Below, in pieces: positions 12,900 through 25,235 of a stretch of 64,000 nucleotides of DNA. The position numbers were made by a program, and so were the translations under genes. Numbering within the stretch: the first letter of the stretch is position 1; each line of letters starts with the position of its first letter. This stretch comes from the human T2T-CHM13v2.0 reference genome, Homo sapiens, in the NCBI RefSeq assembly GCF_009914755.1, contig NC_060928.1. One strand, written 5' to 3'. The notes under the pieces were generated by a model that worked only from the letters and a program-made list of their open reading frames with translations, ran no database searches and had not been told where the DNA came from.

Positions 12900-13418
12900 C
12901 AGTTCATATTCTTAACAAGCAAATGAAAAAAGCTGTCAAATGACAAAATTACTGAAAAAAATGAAGCTCTGTTGCCTTTATTTAATGATTGGGCTATTTG
13001 GTTGCAAACATTTTATTCTACTCTCTTTCTTGTGATATATGACTGCTAACATGTAAATTCAGTAGATCTTTTTAGTATGTGAACCAGAGGTTGAAGGCAC
13101 AGTGCTTTAGTCCTTTGAAGCCTTGATATCCTTATAAGATCAGTTGGATTTATTCAAATCTCAGTTGGTTGCTTTGAGAGAATAAAATGATCCCAGGGGT
13201 AGAAGATATCCATTTGCTAATGTCTAGGCTACCTGGTATTTAAAAACTGAAACACATTTTTTTTTTTCTAAAATGTAAGTTCTTATATGATTGGTATATT
13301 TTATTTTTGTGTGTATTAATTAATAAGCCAAACCTCTTAAGGATATTTCTATAATACCATTTCATATGAAGAAAGTTATTTCCTGTTCATTCACTAAATA
13401 CATATATGGATGAACAGG

Positions 13419-13515
13419 ATATAATATATAATTATATATATTATATATTTAAAATAATACTTTAATATATGTAGAAACAGGCTTTATATATATTATATAT
13501 TTAAAATTATATATA
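13419..13515. repeat. (TA)-rich low-complexity tract with a local direct repeat
   Basis: TTATATATATTATATATTTAAAAT occurs twice (about 13432 and 13484). Confidence 0.7.
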
Positions 13516-14996
13516 CAGCTTATTTCTGTTATCCTCAAAATAAAACCACTCACGTGGCATGAAAAGGAGTCTTAATATCTTAAAGGGAGATATACTTGGC
13601 CTCTTAAATATGATTAGCACATTTATTATAGAAACTTTCTCACAGATATCAGATACTCAAATTTTTCCTGACTTTTTACACTCTTTCTTAATATATCTCT
13701 TTTATTTACCTTATTTTCACTTTGATTTTCTTTTAAATGATAGCTGTAGACATGCCAATAACAAATATTTTAATTGCGTGTTCAATAAAATGTAATTTAA
13801 AATTGCTGAGTTTATTTACAAATAAAATACCTTAAGACTTAAAACAACAACAAAAAAATAAACTATTTAGTTCCACATGAAGTTTTTGTTTATCTCAAGG
13901 TAAAATTTTAGTTTATAGAAAAGTTTTAGAGAGAAACTATTGGGAACATTGGTGGAATACTAAAAAGATCATTATTATTTTTTAATGGTGGAAAGCATAA
14001 TCTAAATTTCTTGTTGATAATTCAGTAGGACAGGGTATTTGGAGAACGGGGTATATTTCATCACTTAAAAGACAAGATAATCACAGAAAGCAGCCATCAG
14101 TTTTAGCCTTTCTCATGAACAAAGACAGCAAATGAGTAAACATTAATGTGTTGGAACTACCAATGAGAAGAAACTTAGGCAGTATAAGATAAACTTATTA
14201 GATTTATGACATATGCAACTCCATTTTTAAAGCAGAGAAATTCCACATTAAAACAAAATTCTTATAATTTTCTATTGCTTCCCTCCAAGCCACTTCATTC
14301 TCCCTAGTGTAAAAAGGTCAGTCTTAGAATAGCTTATGTATTTTTGCTTCCAAATGCAAGAGAAACTTGTAGACAGAATATATGGCTCCCTATATAGTAG
14401 TATTTGAGAAACCAAATACCATAAAAAGGCTGTCTTTTGCAGACATAATCCCCTTAATGTTTGTGTGTGGAGTTATTCCTTTTGGATAATACGTACTCTG
14501 TTAAAATAAAATGTTATACCAGTCTCTTATCAGACACCAGCATATTAGCTGGATTAATTACCTAAGAAGGGTCAGAGTGGTGAGGGCCAGGGCATAGCAT
14601 TGGTGTATTTTGACAGGGAAGTTAAAAAAAGTCACTGGCCTCTGACTTAGAATTAAATGAAATACAGCAACCCAATAATGAATTCTGAGTATCCAGGGAA
14701 CAATAATACTCTAAAGCAAACTCAGAGATCACAAAGGGGCATGACAGGAATACACCCAACGGTACACAGGCACTGGAAGAACCTTGTACTACATTTATAC
14801 TTTAGTCTTAGGTGTGCCCAAAAGTATAACATACAGTTCTTTGATACAAGTCCCAGAAACCTACTTTTGCTCACTTCATGAAAAAAAGAAAAAAAACTGG
14901 TTATTGGAAGGATATGAAGAGGCACACAGAAATGAAAAGCTAAACAGCACTCAAGTCAGGCAAAAGATGGGAATCTTAGAGAACTGAGATAGAAGC

Positions 14997-15155
14997 AGGG
15001 CCAGCCTCATAATTGAAGGGTCCAGTGCAAAATGAAAATGTAGTACTACTTGTTCAGAAATCACTGAAAATTTCAAGATGGTGACAGAAGAATATATTAC
15101 CAAATGTAGTATCCTTTCAAGAGCTGGGCATCTCACAAGTTCATGAATCTGACCA
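14997..15155 (-). mobile_element. MER45A hAT-Tip100 MITE
   Basis: CAGGGCCAGCCTCATAATTGAAGGGTCCAGTGCAAAATGAAAATG...AATTTCAAGATGGTGACAG matches the reverse of MER45A. Confidence 0.75.
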
Positions 15156-15269
15156 TGGGTGGCAGGAATTAATGGATAAGCTCCATAGTATAAATCAGCT
15201 ACTATGGTTTTCTGTCTTCGTCCTTTGTTGCTACTAAAGATTCACACTTCTGGGAACCATAATCTAGGG

Positions 15270-15357
15270 ATTTAGAATGGTGAATTCTTTCCAGAAGGTT
15301 TTCAGTTTACTTTGCCTAAATTCATCAGAAGAATCACTATCTATGGCAGCTATAGCC
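15270..15357 (-). mobile_element. Isolated inverted Tigger1 internal fragment
   Basis: Reverse complement GGCTATAGCTGCCATAGATAGTGATTCTTCTGATGAATTTAGGCAAAGTAAACTGAAAACCTTCTGGAAAGAATTCACCATTCTAAAT is homologous to 17042-17125. Confidence 0.85.
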
Positions 15358-15640
15358 ACAGGGGAAGAGAGCATGGGACCCTGTTTAGCAAGACTGCATG
15401 CAATCATGGAGAAGAGTAAGGAGTTTCTCGAAGGAACATAAAGGAACTGTTAACAAAGGACGTGATTTCTTCCTGTGCAGGAAAAAACAAACAGACATTC
15501 ACATGGAAATAAAAAAATAAAAATCCTTTCTTACACTCCTATGACCAGCTTCTAAGAAGTTGGCTCTAAGAACATGAATAGTTTATTTAACAGTGCTCCT
15601 GTAACATCTCCATTGGATCACAGATACTCAGGTTTAAATA

Positions 15641-17971
15641 CTGGCATATCTCATTTTATTGCACCTTGCTTTACACAGTGCTTCCCACATACTACATTTT
15701 TTACAAATTGAAGGTTTTTGGTAATCGTCTGTCAAGCAAGTCCATCGGTGCTAGTTTTCCAACAACCTGTGCTCACTGTGTCTCTGTGCCACAATTTGGT
15801 ATTCACACAAGATTTCAAACTTTTTCATTATTATATTAGTTATGGTGATCTATGATCAGCAATCTTTGATGTTACTATTGTAATTGTTTTGAGGTGCCAT
15901 GGACTGTGCCCATATAGAAATCAAACTCAGTGGATAAATGTGTGTGTTCTGACTGGCTATTCCCCTATATCTCTCCCTGTCCTCAGGCCTCCCTATTCCC
16001 TAAGACACAACAATATTGAAATTAGATCAATTCTACAATGCCCTGTAGATGTTCAAGTGAAGAGTCACATTTCTCTAAATTTACGTGAAAAGCTGTAAAT
16101 GATTAAGCTTGGTGAGCAAAACATGTCAAAAGCTAGGCATCTTTTGACAAACAGCCACGTTGTGGATGCAAAGGAAAAGTTCTTGAAAGATATTAAAAGT
16201 GCTACTTCAGTGAGCACAGGAATTATAAGAAAATAAAACAGCCTTGTTGCTGATATGGAGAAAGTTTTAGTGGTCTGGATAAATCAAATCAGTCATTACA
16301 GTCCCTTATGCCAAAGCCTAATCCAGAGAAAAGCCCTAACTCTCTTTGATTTTATGAAGGCTGAGAGAGGTGAAAAAGCTGCTGAAGAAAAGCTGGAAAC
16401 TAGCAGGGGTTGGTTCATGAGATTTAAGGAGAGAAGCTATCTCCATAAAATAAAAGTGTAAGGTAAAGCAGCAAGCACTAATGTAGAAGCACAGAAAGTT
16501 ATCCAGAAAATCTCACTGAGACCATTGATGAAGGTGGCTACACTGGCAAACAGATTTTCAAGGTAGACAAAACAGACAGAAGATGCCATCTGGGACTTTC
16601 ATAGCTAGAGAGAAGTCAATGCCTGACTTCAAAGCTTCCAAGGACAGGCTGACTCTCTTGATAGGGACTAAAGCAGCTCTTGACTTTAAGTTGAAGCCAA
16701 GTTTTATTTCCCATTCTGAAAATTGTAGGGCCCTTAAGAATTATGTCTGTGCTCAATTAATGAAGCAACGAAGCATAGATGACAACACATCTGATTACAA
16801 CATGGAACACTGAATATTTTAAGCCCACTGTTGAAACCTACTGCTCAGAAAAAAACAAGATTTCTTTAAAAATATTACTGGTCATTGACAATGCACCTGG
16901 TCAACCAAGCATTCTGATGGAGAGGTATGAGGAGATTAAAGTTGTTTTCATGCCGTCTAACAGAACATCCATTCTGTAGCTCATGGATCGTTGAGGAATT
17001 TTGATGCTCAAGTCTTCATATTTAAGAAATACACGTTGTAAGGCTAGAGTTGCCAGAGAGAGTGGTTCTTCTGTTTGATCTGGGTAAAATACATTAAAAA
17101 TCTTCTGGAAAGAACCATTCTAGATACCATTAAGAACATTTGTAATTCATGGGAGGAGGACAAAATATCAACATCAACACAAATTTGGAAGAAGTTGATT
17201 CCAGCCCTCATGGATGACTTCAAGGGGTTCAAGACTACAAAGACCAGTGTAGGAAGTAACTTCAGATGTGGTGGAAACACCAAGAGAACTAGAATTAGAA
17301 GTGGACCCTGAATATGTAACTGAATTGCTGTAATCCCATAACGGTTGCTTCTTGTAGATGAGCACAGAAAGTGTTGTTTTTTTTTTTCTTTTTTTGAGAT
17401 AGATTCTACTCTTAGTGAATATGCTGTGAATATTGTTGAAATTACAACAAAAAATTTAGAATATTACCTAAACTTAGTGGATAAAGCTGGGGCAGGGTTT
17501 GAGAGGATTGATACGAAGTTTGAAAGAAGTTTAACTCTGGGTAAAATGCTACCAAATGGAATTGCATGCTACAGAGAAATCTTTTGTGAAAGGGAGTGAC
17601 TAGATGCAGCAAACTTCATTGTTGCCCTATTTCAGGAAATTGCCACAGCCACTCCACCCTTCAGCAACCACCACCCTGATCAGTCAGCAGTCATAAATAT
17701 GGAGGTAAGACCTCTCACTAGCAAAAGATTAGGACTCATTGAAAGCTCAGGTGATTGTTAGAATTTTTTAGCAATAAATTATTTTTAAATTAAGGCGTGT
17801 ACATTGTTTTTTAGACATAATGCTATTGCACGCTTAATAAAATACAGTATAGTATACACAAACTTTTATATGTGCTAGGAAAGCAAAAAAATTGTGTGAC
17901 TTCCTTTATTGAAATATTTGCTTATTGCAGTGGCATGGAACCTAACCCATGATATCTCTGAGGTATGCCTG
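15641..17971 (+). mobile_element. Near full-length Tigger1 (pogo/Tc1-mariner) DNA transposon fossil
   Basis: TIRs CTGGCATATCTCA...TGAGGTATGCCTG, each flanked by TA (15639-40 and 17972-73); length 2331 bp. Confidence 0.95.
16038..17599 (+). pseudogene. Disrupted Tigger1 transposase (CENP-B-type HTH + DDE) and downstream ORF remnants
   Basis: Fragments MEKVLVVWI...[25 protein letters not shown] and [13 protein letters not shown] lie in different frames with stops. Confidence 0.9.
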
Positions 17972-18098
17972 TATACCAAAATTATTAATTTCAATGATTC
18001 TAGGAAACTTTTTTTTAATAAAGTAGTTTTTGGTTAAAATTTCCAGTATGTTACACTCTTCTAACAAACTGTCGAAGAATAAGAGAAAAAATGTTTTA

Positions 18099-18485
<387 letters not shown>

Positions 18486-21400
18486 TTATAGGAATTACTC
18501 TGAGGTGAAACTAGCTTATATCCTCTAATCAGTATGTATTCATGGCTTTTAGAGTTTGGCTTAAGAAGCTTATCGAGGATTTCGCCAAGTGGCTGTCTCT
18601 GAAGGGAGTGGAAATGTTAGGACTCACACTCTGGAGCCAGACTCTGGGTTTAAAGTTCTGTTTTGCTGTGTGTATCCTGTTCAGTCTCTACACCTAGGAA
18701 AATGTTAATATAAGAATTGATTATTAAAATATCTCTAAAGGTGACATAATTTAAAATACAATTATTACACATAAAACAATTTATTCTTTTCAGAACAGTT
18801 TATTCTTTTCAGACATATGTTTCATATGTATGAAACAATACATATAAAACAACGTAGTACGATTATTTGGTGGAGGTATGTCTTAGGAATGGAACTTGAT
18901 TTTATTGGGGGGAATTATTTTTTTTTCTGTTATCCTTTCTAAATGGGCAGTTATCTCTGAAGAGGAAAGAGCAAAATGGAGCTTTTATTCTCTCACCTCT
19001 TCTTTGGTTGTATTAAGAAGAGGGCTGAGTTTTTATTCTCATCTCTGTTTCAAAGACAATTCAATGTTGATACCAATCTGTGTTTCTGCTGCTTGTGTAA
19101 AAGAAAAACCATCCTATGCCACCAGCAACCACTGTTATCTGGTTTTAAATGTCAAGTATACTTCAGCATAGAAATAAAGAAACTGAGATAACAGTCAAAG
19201 AAAAATATATTGAAGCACAAAGATAAGAGTCCAACCATCTTAGTGTCTGTGTCTTTGAGAAAGGAGTTAGGAAAAGATTCATCAACAGAAACCTAAAACA
19301 TTTTGCAGCTTCTAACTTATCTAACCTTATGATTTATAGCCATGTATCATGTTTATACATATGATTGTAGTATTTGTGTATGTTGGTGCTATACTGATGA
19401 ATAATGGAAAGTAATTCAGCTACTTTAAACTGAATCGTTTAAATTAGTTCAGCGATGACATTCTGTCTTCATGTTATCCCTTCTGAGGTCTAGCCTGAGA
19501 TTTTCTTACTAATCTCAAGGATTTTTTTGTTTGTTCCTTGCAACAGATGTTCATACTTTGACAGTTCTATTGTATATAATTATGTATAAACCATATTATG
19601 TTTTTCATTCCTTATTTGAAAGTAATCTAGATGATTTTTGTGTGTGTGGCTGTGAGTGGGTATGTCAAGGCATTTTGGAATCCTTGACTTGGTGTAATAT
19701 GGAAAATCTGTTTCTAGTTGAAATTGAATACATATATCACAAGTCCTTTTGTTACTTTTAGAATGGAATGTATGAAATCTGATTGGGAAGATTAATGTAG
19801 GTTTTATTAATCTTTCTCAAATTGATAAAGTTCTGTCACCCTAAAGATTTATTCAAAGTTGTAATCTCAAAGTCATAAGCACCAAGTCTTTACCTTTGAA
19901 AAGTATTGGAAGCTTTAGTTTCCTAGCCACTATGGATTATGCCAATACTTTTAGGTATTACCTTTATGCCAAATTACAGGACAACAATTTTCTTTTTAGA
20001 AACATTATTTTCTAGACTATAATTTTTTGGCTAACACTTATAGCTCTTAGATTGCCACATCTTGAATATTATAACACAAATTATCAGAAGCAAATATACA
20101 TACAGTAATATTTTTAATAATGTTTTTCATAAATCATATCTAAATTCCCATTTTGTGCATTCTTCAAATGGCTATAAAAATTTTGCATACTAGCTCTTAA
20201 AGCAATAATATTAGGTTCTAACTATTTTATGTGATAATGAAATAGGCTCGATTTTATTTTAGTAGTTTGGTCCTGTAAGATTAATCAAATTTATTACATG
20301 ATATGGATGTGAAGTAAGCAAGGCACTGGTATTTTTGTGGCTCATTATTCTGATATTAAAGGGAAGGGAAGAAGGTAGGTAACAAGTGGCATTTAAAATA
20401 AATGTATTTTCATAATAAATGATGATTCTCATCTTATTCTGTTACACTGCAAGTATAAAACTCTTATTGTTGATAAGAAGTTCATAATAAGTAAATCACT
20501 TTAGACCTGGAGTTTGTGATTTAAAAAAAGCCTTTATTTCAAAAAGCAAAAATAAAATGAATAATGAATTATCTTATATATTTCTTCCACTAAACATATT
20601 TCAAATGAATTATAGTATGTAAGTTAAAAAGCCAAAAATACTTAACCCATAACTGTAAGATCTACATTATAGGTAACTACAAAATAAAAATACTCATTAT
20701 CTATAATATATTTATAAAATGTTGTTTTCAACCAAATGTTAAATAGAATATTTAATATAGTAAAAATTATTTCCCTTTTTAGAGGTTTTTCATCTTTATA
20801 AATGTATTTGACAGTAAATATAGTAAAAACTACAATGGAACTGAACTTCTAGCAAATTTTGAAAGCTCTTCAGTATCATCGTGAAATAATTATTCCTCAG
20901 ATGAGATTTTGTTAAACTCATTACTCTTCTTCTGTAATTTAAAATTTCCCAAATAAAATTACTCTTCCATATAGTGGTGAATGAGAGGGTGGGAAAATAT
21001 TCCTGATCCCCGCAAGAGAAAAATGTGCAGTTTGGAAAATGTATAAAATAAAAGTGTTCCAACACAGCAGATGATTTATGTTGTTTATATGATGAATTGC
21101 ATGAAGGGCTAAGGAGAAATAATTTTAGATTAAAAAAAATTTGTTTGATACCTCTTAGACATAGGAAGACCCGCCAACCTGTGATATTTTGTAAGTTACG
21201 AACAACTTCTATAAATATTAGGGGGCAGTAAATAAGAGTTTGATTTATTTCCATCTATATGAAATGTCTTTGATGATTTTGTGCTCTCAACTTTCTGTCA
21301 GTTTTAGTGCTCTGGGAAAGAAACCCAATGTATTATTACTTCAATAATAGCATGATTACAGGCATACAATACCTCCAATTAAATAATTAATTAGAAAATG

Positions 21401-21949
21401 AGAAATATGTATGTGTGTGTAAACAGATTTGGTGTGTATCTTTATGTGTATAGAATTTTTAAACAATAATTTGGATTTTTTTTGTTCAACCTGATTGTAC
21501 TTTCATCTCTACATTCATTAATTCTGATTCTTTTCATAAGTGAAATGCTCCTTAACCTGGATCTCAAGTCACATGTGAATATGAAAGTAGAAAATGGGAG
21601 AGAAAAATACTCATGACATTAATGGCATGGAGAAAAGGTACTGAACATACACAGTCACGTCAACCTTCTCTTTTTAAGACTAAGCCAGAACTTGCGGAGT
21701 TTGTATGATCAGTTTTATGCTCATAGGATACTTTCTCTAAAATTTTGGACAAAGTTAAAAATAAGCACCAAAATAGGTGTAAAAATAAAATTAATAAAAT
21801 TTTGGACAAGGAAACTAATTTTAGTGAATAGTGGGAGTCGTTACTATTTAATCTAATTCCCTAAGACTGTAACTTAATAATATTTCACTATTCTAGCTTC
21901 AGTGAAAATAGAATAGATAAATACAAGTGTATTTAAAAATGTAACCCTA

Positions 21950-22090
21950 TTAAGAGATGATACAATATGGTAAAAGAACACTGGACTAGAAGTCAGGAAA
22001 CCAGAATTTCACAGTCTCTGTGTGACAGTTAGAAAATTAATTTAGGCTTGAGCTTTCCTATATATTAAATGGAGATATTATACATGATGG
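21950..22090 (+). mobile_element. MIR fragment
   Basis: GGTAAAAGAACACTGGACTAGAAGTCAGGAAACCAGAATT...TGTGTGACAGTTAG. Confidence 0.6.
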
Positions 22091-22329
22091 ACTATTATTC
22101 TTTTTCTATACTAAATTTGATTAGTCTATTTATATGAGTATTACATAGAATTGTGCAAGGTTTTGTGGATACATTGATGAACAAGAAACACAAGTACTGT
22201 CCCTGTTACCTCCTTGAATCATCGTAGTTTCAAATATAGAAATAAATAGTTACACAGTTAATTATGATATTTCACCCTTACTTCTAGATTTAATGTCTTT
22301 CTTACTGGAATATATCCTTTAGCCATTAT

Positions 22330-23096
<767 letters not shown>

Positions 23097-23189
23097 TAAT
23101 ATTTTTTTCCTTTCAGAAATGTTATCAATTGGTTTCCAAGTTTCTGGGTTTTTTTTTTTTCATCTTTATAATGTCCTTTTCTCTGCTGA

Positions 23190-23490
23190 GACTTGCCATT
23201 TGTTTTTTTGTTATTACCATTTTTAATAGACCTTGAACATATTTATAATGCTGATTAAAATTCTTGTCAGCTAATTTCAATATATGGGTCATCTCATTTT
23301 TAGTGTCTGTCTGTAAATTGTTTTTCTGCTTCTTTGCATGCCTACTTATTGGAATATTTGACACACATGAATGGATGACATGTTTTTCAGAGTCTGTATT
23401 TTATTGTCTTCCTTTAGAGAAAGTATAGAATTATTCCAGCAGGTAGTTAATTTACTAGTAGGATCAAGTGAATTTTTGAGCCTTTTTAAA
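23190..23490 (-). mobile_element. Ancient L1M fragment
   Basis: TTGAACATATTTATAATGCTGATTAAAATTCTTGTCAGCTAATTTCAATATATGGGTCATCTC is typical of the antisense old-L1 5'/ORF1 region. Confidence 0.55.
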
Positions 23491-23951
23491 GTTTGGAACT
23501 CTATGTCTATCAGCACTACGAGTCTCCTTTGTCTGTGGCAGATCTTCTCCTTTATCTGCATAGGCGTAAAAATTGCTGCAGCCTCTGTTTTTAGAAACCT
23601 CATGCAAGTTCAATACCCTGACACTACCACAGTGGCAATTTGTATAATTATTTCTATTTTGCTTTCTTTCATATGGCACCTGGAAGTTCATCTGGCTTTT
23701 CCTTTTGTACTGTAATATGTTTTAAAATAAATGTGGTTGTAAGTTATTTAGCATTTCTTTGTATTTGGAACATGAGGTGGAGTGTAGATCAGCTCATTCA
23801 AATGTGTTCTTAGAGGTCCCCTCAAATTAGTTTTTTAAAATGCATCTGTGATAAGCATTAAAAATGAAGTCTTACCATATAAAAGAGGTACCTGTGTATT
23901 TTTTAAGAGTGGGGTACTAGCTGCAGAGGTTTCTCTGGCGACCTGATGTTT

Positions 23952-24662
23952 GTTTGTTTGTTTTAGTTATACTTTAAGTTCTAGGGTACATGTGCACAAC
24001 GTGCAGGTTTGTTACATATGTATACATGTGCCATGTTGGTGTGCTGCACCCATTAACTCCTTATTTACATTAGGTATATCTCCTAATACTATCCCTTCCC
24101 CTGCCCCAACCCCTCGACAGGCCCCGGTGCGTGATGTTCCCTTTCCTGTGTCCAAGTGTTCTCATTATTCAATTCCCACCTATGAGTGAGAACATGCGGT
24201 GTTTGTTTTTTTGTCCTTGCGATAGTTTGCTGAAAATGATGGTTTCCAGCTTCATCCATGTCACTACAAAGGACATGAACTGTCCTTTGTATGGCTGCAT
24301 AGTATTCCATGGTGTATATGTGCCACATTTTCTTAATCCAGTCTATCGTTGATGGACATTTGGGTTGGTTCCAAGTCTTTGCTATTGTGAATAGTGCCGC
24401 AATAAACATACGTGTGCATGTGTCTTTATAGCAGCATGATTTATAATCCTTTGGGTATATACCCAGTAATGGGATGGCTGGGTCAAATGGTATTTCTAGT
24501 TCTAGATCCTTGAGGAATTGCCACACTGTCTTCCACAATGGTTGAACTAGTTTACAGTCCCACCAACAGTGTAAAAGTGTCCCTATTTCTCCACATCCTC
24601 TCCAGCACCTGTTGTTTCCTGACTTTTTAATGATCACCATTCTAACTGGTGTGAGATGGTAT
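23952..24662 (-). mobile_element. 5'-truncated young L1PA (about L1PA4-6), ORF2 C-terminus plus 3' UTR
   Basis: ORF 24089-24640(-) encodes [29 protein letters not shown] (ORF2 CCHC knuckle). TSD CTGATGTTT at 23943-23951 and 24667-24675. Confidence 0.95.
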
Positions 24663-24670
24663 TTTGCTGA

Positions 24671-25017
<347 letters not shown>

Positions 25018-25034
25018 AGGATGGCAGGATTTTT

Positions 25035-25235
25035 TTTTATGGAGATAGAACATCATATGCAAAGGCCCTGAGGCAGGATGGAACTTGGCACATTTCAGCG
25101 CCTGAATGAAGGCCAATGTGTTTGGAACTCAAAGAGCAAAGAGGCAGCTGTTAAGAGATGAGGTTTTGTGAGAGAGACAGTTTCTAGACCATGAAACAAC
25201 CTTGTTGGCTATGTTAAGATATTTGAATTCTATCT
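25035..25235 (-). mobile_element. L2 fragment
   Basis: ATATGCAAAGGCCCTGAGGCAGGATGGAACTTGGCACATTTCAG...GAAGGCCAATGTG is a typical L2 motif. Confidence 0.7.

Noticed and set aside
16255-17599. Cluster of same-strand ORFs resembling an operon or a TIGD gene
   Set aside because: These are frameshifted pieces of one dead Tigger1 transposon.
20796-21254. 152-aa minus-strand ORF in unique DNA
   Set aside because: Composition is typical of AT-rich non-coding DNA (rich in F, I, L, N), with no recognisable domain or exon signals.
24089-24640. Longest ORF in the track (183 aa, Cys/His motif)
   Set aside because: It is the C-terminus of L1 ORF2p in a 5'-truncated copy, frameshifting into the 3' UTR; not a host gene.
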